Source of the DNA: a virus
Virus record (IMG/VR): IMGVR_UViG_3300037586_005524
Span: 19,221-83,220 of that record
DNA: 64,000 nucleotides
Direction: 5' to 3' (one strand)
Of this stretch, positions 57,687-64,000 are shown piece after piece (position 1 is the stretch's first letter; every line of letters starts with the position of its first letter). Under the pieces are notes generated by a model. It worked only from the letters and a program-made list of their open reading frames with translations, was not told where the DNA came from and searched no databases. A program made the position numbers and the translations under genes.

Positions 57687-58382
57687 TTATAAAGGAGAAG
57701 CTTCAACCTTTTTCGTTTCTTTGGCTTGAATTGCTTCTTCCCACTCTTTAAAATGTCCAGTGGTGTTGAAAATTAAATATTCTCGAAATTGAGCTAGATC
57801 TCTCGGATCAAAGGTTATTGTTAATTCATTTAGAATTAATTTTTTAAGTACGGCCCATGATCTTTCTGCTGTTGCGGCGCCGGTTTCATCCATCCCTGGT
57901 ATCATTTTAAATTTTTCTTCTTGTTCGGTTTCTAATTCTCTTTCTTCTTTTGTTTCTTTATCTACAACATTTAAATCAAAACCAGTTTCAGGTGTTGCTT
58001 TTAAGCTGGTTTCTTCTTGTCCGGATTCATCGTCTTCTTGTCGATTCAGTTTGTCCCTAGACAACATCGCTTCCATAGCGTGTAAAATATGTGCTGCATA
58101 AGATCTTCTTTGTTCTGGGCTGGTTCTTAAAGAGTGATAACTAGTTCGTAATTCATCAAGAAAATTAGTACTAGTAAATAAGTGCTCTAAAAAATTTCCA
58201 GCAGTTGTATCATGTACTTTTACTTTCGAAGCTTCTGAAATAAGTTTTCTAACAATTTGACGAAGTGTGCTTTCTTCTTTTAGTCTTTTGGATTCTATAA
58301 ATCGAATTGCTTCCCTTATTGTTTCGCGCAATTCCATTTCTTGTTTGATATCATTTAAGAAATCTTGTCTTTTTATTTGCAT
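57687..58382 (-). CDS. Acidic hypothetical protein, putative internal head protein
   Basis: Repeated amphipathic motifs ELRETIREAI and LRQIVRKLISEA ending in [LI]xE. Confidence 0.65.
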   Translation of the reverse strand: MQIKRQDFLNDIKQEMELRETIREAIRFIESKRLKEESTLRQIVRKLISEASKVKVHDTTAGNFLEHLFTSTNFLDELRTSYHSLRTSPEQRRSYAAHILHAMEAMLSRDKLNRQEDDESGQEETSLKATPETGFDLNVVDKETKEERELETEQEEKFKMIPGMDETGAATAERSWAVLKKLILNELTITFDPRDLAQFREYLIFNTTGHFKEWEEAIQAKETKKVEASPL

Positions 58383-60629
58383 TTATATTACTCCAGCTCC
58401 ATTATTTAAATAGTTTACAATATTTTCAATAAGCTCTTCATCTTCTTCTAAGCGCACTTTTCTTGCTTCATCCTCGTTCTCTTTCTTAACATCCATGCCA
58501 ACAAAAGCGCTCCCTGCGGAACCGGGCCCTTGTACACTTTGGCCGGCAACCGATGATGCTTCTTCTAGTTCTTCCTCACCTTCTGCAACATGTTTCATGC
58601 GATCTGGATCTGGTTCTTCATTTTTTTCCATATTTTCTTGTGCTTCTTCGTTCCATGTTAAAGCATCTAATGGAGAAAGAGTTTTATATGCTTGGCCTGC
58701 AATTGCATGGAATGAAGAGGGGGTTTGCCATTCATTTATAGCTTGTTCAACTAGCCCGAGAAAAATGCCCAACGGAAGTGGGCGATCCTCCTGTAATTGT
58801 TCTTGTGGTTCTTCTTGTGGCTCTTCTTGTGGCTCTTCAATCGTGCCATTGCCAAGTGTAGTGAATATTTTTTCGGCATCGCTTAAGCTGTTATCTGGAA
58901 TGTAACTTTTAAATGTTTCAAGATCTCCTCTTTCTACACTATCCCGCATATTGCGCGCACTTAGTGGGTTTCCATCATTGTCTATCATATTTGGGGCCGG
59001 AGTTGTTTCTATTTCAAGGCCCCGGGGATTATTTCTAGGGTCTGCCATTATTTTTGGCCATCGATCTTCATCTTTTTCTCCTGCTCCCAAAAGAATAATT
59101 TGATCTTCTGGAGCTTGGTCACGAACATAATCAATAATTGGTGCAATAGGCCCTGCTCCTTCGACATTTTGAAATTCTATTCTATTACTTGGCCAGGGAA
59201 TAGAAGGTTCATTTCTCAAGTATATATCCCAGATTTCCATTGAATCTTGTGCAGTTATTGTTCTACCGTTTATTGTTCTAGGTTCTTGCCCACCGCTACC
59301 AAGAAGTATAATTACCTTTCCATTTGGGCCTACTTGTTGATTATAAAATTTGACCATTTCTAAATGGCCTTTATGTGGCGGCTTGAAACCTCCTGCTAAA
59401 AGCGCAAGTTTTGGTTTTTCTATTTGTACATCTATATCTACTTGTTGCGTTAATTCTTGTTTTGTTGTGTCGCCGTGCGTGCTTGTCAACCCTTCTAGAA
59501 TAAATTCTCCTGTGATCTTGACAGGTTTTTCACCAAATTTAGGATCTCTTAGAATAGTTCCTTCGTGATTAATCACATCATCGAACTTAGGATCCCAACC
59601 AAGCATCCCTGAGACGTCTTCAGAGACCCGTAGAGAGCCTTTAACAGCGTTGCCCAACTCTTTTGTTGCATGATAGAAAACGGCGCCGTTTATGGCCATT
59701 TCTACATCTTCTTGAGATTCTAGCCAATTGATTAATGGTGAGCCATTTAAAGCGGCAATGTATACCTGTTTGCTTAGTGCTCCAATGTCTTTGCCCTCAT
59801 TGGTCATGATTCTTGCATCTCTAGGATTGACAGCATCTCTAAGCCATGCTCTAATTGAAAAATTTTCTACATTGTCTTCTGATAGTTTGATTGAGAAATT
59901 AGTATCTAAAACAGATTCATAATCAATAGGCGCAACATTTTCGGTTGGGGTGTCTCCAAGAATTGAAAAATCATATTTTGCAGCTATAGGTTGAACTTTT
60001 TGGATTAATGCGTTTAGTGCATCTCGATCATAATCAATTTCTATACTTTTATCTTGTATTGGTTTTTCACGCCCTTTCTCATCAACAAAGGTGGGACGCG
60101 GCAATCCTGGTCGGTCCATACCAGTACCTTGTCTTAGTCTGTGAGGTTGCGCCTTTTTCTCATAAAACTGATTAATACCATGTATGGCTAAAATATTTAT
60201 ACCATATTGAATCACGTTGCTGCCGCCTCTTCCTATATATTCAGTATTAAAAAGCTTTGTAGGATCATCCCACATCCCCAAAGCCTTTAGCTCTGGTTCT
60301 ATTTTCGGGAGAGCTTCATTAAATATAGCCAACAATTTTTCAATTGCAACTGGCATGCCGTGGCCTTCTTTCCATTTTGTATAAGCTTGCTCAGCAGTCA
60401 TGCCGATAACAGACATTGGCTCTTGATTTCCGCGATCCGCGCGGAAATCTTTTCTACCATTTTCATCTGTGATTAATTTGAAGCTTGTATTTACGCCGTC
60501 CCACTTGATACTACCGGATTTTGTCTGTAAAAATTCTGCGGCGTCTAAAAAGAAGTTTATTAAATCTTCGCCTGTATTAACCCAATCTATATCGAACGGG
60601 TGATTCATGTGTCCTGCAGCGCCGCCCAT
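58383..60629 (-). CDS. Multidomain protein with HxGH cytidylyltransferase-like nucleotidyltransferase domain
   Basis: LLAGGFKPPHKGHL, GAGEKD, LSARNMR; N-terminal GGAAGHMNHPFD...KWDG.N domain; acidic tail with EEPQ repeats. Confidence 0.8.
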   Translation of the reverse strand: MGGAAGHMNHPFDIDWVNTGEDLINFFLDAAEFLQTKSGSIKWDGVNTSFKLITDENGRKDFRADRGNQEPMSVIGMTAEQAYTKWKEGHGMPVAIEKLLAIFNEALPKIEPELKALGMWDDPTKLFNTEYIGRGGSNVIQYGINILAIHGINQFYEKKAQPHRLRQGTGMDRPGLPRPTFVDEKGREKPIQDKSIEIDYDRDALNALIQKVQPIAAKYDFSILGDTPTENVAPIDYESVLDTNFSIKLSEDNVENFSIRAWLRDAVNPRDARIMTNEGKDIGALSKQVYIAALNGSPLINWLESQEDVEMAINGAVFYHATKELGNAVKGSLRVSEDVSGMLGWDPKFDDVINHEGTILRDPKFGEKPVKITGEFILEGLTSTHGDTTKQELTQQVDIDVQIEKPKLALLAGGFKPPHKGHLEMVKFYNQQVGPNGKVIILLGSGGQEPRTINGRTITAQDSMEIWDIYLRNEPSIPWPSNRIEFQNVEGAGPIAPIIDYVRDQAPEDQIILLGAGEKDEDRWPKIMADPRNNPRGLEIETTPAPNMIDNDGNPLSARNMRDSVERGDLETFKSYIPDNSLSDAEKIFTTLGNGTIEEPQEEPQEEPQEQLQEDRPLPLGIFLGLVEQAINEWQTPSSFHAIAGQAYKTLSPLDALTWNEEAQENMEKNEEPDPDRMKHVAEGEEELEEASSVAGQSVQGPGSAGSAFVGMDVKKENEDEARKVRLEEDEELIENIVNYLNNGAGVI

Positions 60630-60632
60630 TAT

Positions 60633-62768
60633 TTACTCCTCCGCTTCTTTTGACCACACGTGCTTTATTCCTTCGAAAAGAGTATTGTAATAATCATTGG
60701 TTGGCTCAGAAGCTTCATATAATTCTTCCCAAAGGGTTGGCGCCATATGAAAGTCATCTCGTTTTGGAGTTTCTTCTTCTTCCGGTGGTTTCAACCCTAG
60801 CCGCTCCAAATCTTGTTGATAAAAATACCAATCTTCGGGGCCTGATATTACTAAAATATTACCTAATTCTCCTCGAATAGCTTTATCTTGCATATTTTTT
60901 AAGCGCTCAAATTCAGCGTCATCTTTTCCAGACATCTCCCATAAATCAACATCCGGACGCCATTCTACCACGTCTTCCATACCAGCGTCTTTTAAATATT
61001 CTAAAGCTTCTGCGCGGTCTGCCCACTCTTCTTCTGTTTCCATAGGACCCTTTTCAGGGTAAAAATATTCTGCAAGCCCTCCAGGCTTATCTGCAGCAGT
61101 CGAGAGGGCTTTGTGGGCTCCATAACCCGCTAAAGGAAGCCACAAAAGCTGTCCCTTAAATACGCTTGGAAAAGACTCAAATGTTCCGCCAGTTCTTCCT
61201 AAAAGAAAGTCTTTGCCGGCGCCCGCCATTTCTTTTGTGCCTTTCGCGATATTCTTTAATGTAGGTCGACCTAGGCCTGCAGCCAATTCATCGGCCAACG
61301 CCGTTTCAGTTGGTACTAGATCTGCGGCTTGATCAAGTGTTCTTGATGCCCTTGCAGCATCATCTAATCCTTGGGCCATCTCATCCGTTAATTGTATGCC
61401 CATAGATCTTGCTTCCTTAGAAGTTAATCCTAATTGATATGCATCATCTATTGTTCCTGTGCCTTTAGGAACTGCCGCTTCAACGGCTTCGTCAGCTAAT
61501 TTCTGCCATTTAGGTTTAAATAATTTTGAGAGGCCCCGTCCAACACCTTTGAGACCGGCGCCTATACCAAGAGCGTCTATTGCTGTATATGGAGTTATAT
61601 CAATTGGGATATCGCCACGCCAATCGTCATATTGACCAAAATATAGTGGGGAAGATTCATGGTATCCTAGATTCGCCGGATCTTGTTGCATTGTTGGCAC
61701 AAATTGTTTCCAATGATACCACGGCAATCCAGCTTCCGTAGCATGTTGTGAGCCAAGTTGGCGTTGATGCAGCAAATCAGTATATTTATCTCTTGCACTG
61801 GGCGGTTCGCGATGTACTGGATCTTCTCGTTGCTGTTTTGCGGAGAGTGAATATAGGCCTGGTGGTTTCCATTCCGATTCGTCTTGGACAAACCATGGTT
61901 TATACCATCCTTCTGTTTCCTTCATCTCGTCTGGTGACAAGCCGGCATAATCTGGTTCGTGTACAGTCCAAGTTGCGCCGGCTGGCATATGAGCGTACTT
62001 AGCTGCCAACTCCTGTTCCGTCAGTTCCTCTTGTAAAAGCTGTGCGATATCGTTGTGAAGAGTTGTTAAAGATTCATTTGTAGACTCAGACTCGTCGCTA
62101 CTATCATCTTCTTCGTCGTCGTCCTCGCCGCCGTCATCGTCATCTTCATCTTCATTTATTTGTTTCTCATATGTAGTATCTTCTACAAATGTAATTGAAT
62201 CTGATTCACCAGATTTTGCTTCTCTGGTTAATCCAAATTTTTCCATCAATCTAGAATTGATTTCATTGTCTTTCCATTCTTTCAGTGGCGTTTTTTTGGA
62301 CATATCTTCTCCTCCGTCCTCAGTTATAACTGTTTCATAATAAATAGATTCCTGTAATTGTTTCTTCCTTCCATCTTCCCAATCTCTAAAACAAAGATTG
62401 CCTTCTCGATAGGCCTCGCCTTCCATATCTCTCATATGAGGGTCTTCTTGAGCATATCCTAATGCTGTAGAAACCATATCTGAAAAGTCTCCCCTTTCGT
62501 TTTGATTATGATGCACTAATTCGTGAGACAAAGACCTTAAAATGTCTTTAGGGTGTCTTCCTGATACATAGATTGCAACTTCCATATTATCAGGATTATA
62601 ACCACCTGTTTTGCCTAGAGGATTTGCGGCATTTTCTTCATCTCCTAATAAAAATAATTTCGGAGGGTGCTGAAACCCATGTCTTTCTTGTGCAAAAGGC
62701 ATAAATTCTTGAATTAATTCTTCTAAGGGTCCTAAATCTAATCCTGATTGGTTAAAAATATCAAGCAT
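60633..62768 (-). CDS. Large acidic protein with N-terminal zincin (HExxH) domain, putative internal head protein
   Basis: RSLSHELVHHNQ...MEGEAY; poly-Asp/Glu tract; glycine-rich hydrophobic segments. Confidence 0.7.
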   Translation of the reverse strand: MLDIFNQSGLDLGPLEELIQEFMPFAQERHGFQHPPKLFLLGDEENAANPLGKTGGYNPDNMEVAIYVSGRHPKDILRSLSHELVHHNQNERGDFSDMVSTALGYAQEDPHMRDMEGEAYREGNLCFRDWEDGRKKQLQESIYYETVITEDGGEDMSKKTPLKEWKDNEINSRLMEKFGLTREAKSGESDSITFVEDTTYEKQINEDEDDDDGGEDDDEEDDSSDESESTNESLTTLHNDIAQLLQEELTEQELAAKYAHMPAGATWTVHEPDYAGLSPDEMKETEGWYKPWFVQDESEWKPPGLYSLSAKQQREDPVHREPPSARDKYTDLLHQRQLGSQHATEAGLPWYHWKQFVPTMQQDPANLGYHESSPLYFGQYDDWRGDIPIDITPYTAIDALGIGAGLKGVGRGLSKLFKPKWQKLADEAVEAAVPKGTGTIDDAYQLGLTSKEARSMGIQLTDEMAQGLDDAARASRTLDQAADLVPTETALADELAAGLGRPTLKNIAKGTKEMAGAGKDFLLGRTGGTFESFPSVFKGQLLWLPLAGYGAHKALSTAADKPGGLAEYFYPEKGPMETEEEWADRAEALEYLKDAGMEDVVEWRPDVDLWEMSGKDDAEFERLKNMQDKAIRGELGNILVISGPEDWYFYQQDLERLGLKPPEEEETPKRDDFHMAPTLWEELYEASEPTNDYYNTLFEGIKHVWSKEAEE

Positions 62769-62783
62769 AATTAATTATTTCTT

Positions 62784-63482
62784 TTAGCCGCGTGCTTCTT
62801 GCGGATAAGTTTGATCTGGATCCATGGCCATGACGTCATCGAGGAATGATGTTTCGAATGCATCTTCGGATGCCCATTTTCGGCCACCTGCGGCACCCAT
62901 AGCGTTGACTACAGTACCCACAATATTTAAAACTAGTTCACCAAGCTGCTCTTGGGTTTTTAAGCCTCCGATGTCCCTTTGAAGAGCGTTAAATACTTCA
63001 TCCCCAACATTTTCAATATTAGTTCTGAATTCTACGGGCGCATTTTGAGTAATATTAACAAGTTCTTGTTGGAAATGTGTTGGCAAAGCTGCGGTTTCTG
63101 CGCCGGGGACTGCAACATCAGTTGCGACTTCTTCTGGTGTGCCCTCAGCAGGAGCTTCGAGCGCTGGTTGTCCAAAAGATCCATATCCTTGTCGCGTACG
63201 TACATCTGCCCAAGATTCTCCTGGCTGTGCTTCATCTTCTTCTTCTGAAGCCCTTATACCTCTTCTCATTTTATTAGCGCTAGACCATGGATTCATATAT
63301 GATGTGAGATTTTCTGTGCCTAATTGTTCGTCTAATGTTCCCTCTTTAATTAAAGTTTGAATTACTTGTTTATAAATGGCCTGATTAATATAGGCCTCTT
63401 TACTCTTGACTTCTTTTAAAATATCTAAATATTCCTTGCTGATAATTTTCTTAAGTTGTTCCTTTTTGATTTTAGTAACCAT
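62784..63482 (-). CDS. Acidic hypothetical protein, putative internal head protein
   Basis: N-terminal KIKKEQLKKIISKEY..ILKE motif; AGGAG RBS. Confidence 0.65.
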   Translation of the reverse strand: MVTKIKKEQLKKIISKEYLDILKEVKSKEAYINQAIYKQVIQTLIKEGTLDEQLGTENLTSYMNPWSSANKMRRGIRASEEEDEAQPGESWADVRTRQGYGSFGQPALEAPAEGTPEEVATDVAVPGAETAALPTHFQQELVNITQNAPVEFRTNIENVGDEVFNALQRDIGGLKTQEQLGELVLNIVGTVVNAMGAAGGRKWASEDAFETSFLDDVMAMDPDQTYPQEARG

Positions 63483-63496
63483 TATTAATCTCCTAT

Positions 63497-63886
63497 TTAA
63501 GACATCTCTTTTTGTAAATCTTTACCAGTTTGTCCTAGCTCGTCGCTTATGTCCCCAAGAAAATCTTCGATACCGATTTCTTGATTTGCTAAATCAGACA
63601 TAATAGCTGCGATATCACGTATATGTACATCCGCTATTTGACCACCAGAATCACCGGCATCTCGTGCTTGAACCAGCATTGTTCCAAATTCGGCCATTAC
63701 TGGGGCCATGTTCTGGCGTACTATCATAATTTCTTGTTCTTTCCGCTGTGCTTCTGCTTCTGCTCGTGCTTGATCTTCTGCTGCTGTTTGTGCCATGGCC
63801 TCAGCATCGGCTTGTTCATTTAAAAATTTATACCAATTATTAAAATAAGTGTATGATTCATCGTAAAAAAGTTTAGGGGTGGACAT
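63497..63886 (-). CDS. Acidic helical hypothetical protein
   Basis: NNWYKFLNEQ N-terminal motif; GAGG RBS; ACTAATTA at 63904-63911 upstream. Confidence 0.65.
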   Translation of the reverse strand: MSTPKLFYDESYTYFNNWYKFLNEQADAEAMAQTAAEDQARAEAEAQRKEQEIMIVRQNMAPVMAEFGTMLVQARDAGDSGGQIADVHIRDIAAIMSDLANQEIGIEDFLGDISDELGQTGKDLQKEMS

Positions 63887-64000
63887 AGAATAAACCTCTG
63901 AGGTAATTAGTTTATTTTATGTCTTTATTCCTTAAATAAACCAATTATTTAGACATTGATAGATCAAAATATTTTGGTGCACCACAAAGACATACTTCTT

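Noticed and set aside
58800-58838. 12-bp tandem repeat
   Set aside because: Encodes a low-complexity EEPQ linker; no sign of a separate function.
1-64000. Stop-codon reassignment as in some large phages
   Set aside because: Genes tile densely and intact under the standard code, and TAA, TAG and TGA all terminate convincing genes.

Overview
AT-rich (roughly one-third GC by eye), densely coding segment of a large tailed (myovirus-like/jumbo) bacteriophage genome. All convincing genes but one lie on the minus strand, and the standard genetic code fits. From left to right: (1) a contractile-tail baseplate module (1-19.4 kb) with a truncated LamG/wedge-like protein, gp6-like and gp25-like wedge proteins, a 3040-aa giant protein, a gp5-like spike and a hub-like protein with a degenerate amidase-like domain; (2) a gp55-like sigma factor and small genes; (3) a ~28-kb, 31-gene glycan synthesis and decoration cluster (21.2-48.9 kb) with about 9 glycosyltransferase-like genes, nucleotide-sugar enzymes, APS kinase plus sulfotransferase, carbamoyl-, methyl- and aminotransferases, a deacetylase, a radical SAM enzyme and an aldolase/cytidylyltransferase/GAPDH-like sub-module, but no recognisable flippase, polymerase, exporter or lipid-carrier priming enzyme; (4) a Cas4/AddB-like nuclease, zinc peptidase, PIN-PhoH, lipoprotein serine protease, archaeal-type GAPDH and a tubulin/FtsZ-family protein; (5) a complete tmRNA (tag ANDNVEFDYALAA) preceded by an unannotated ~177-nt structured leader and a sigma70 promoter; (6) a Fis-like protein and acidic putative internal head proteins rich in [LI]xE motifs. 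A recurring ACTA(T/A)TTA upstream motif (candidate late promoter) and strong over-representation of GGCGCC are also visible. All calls come from motif recognition by eye; no searches were run.
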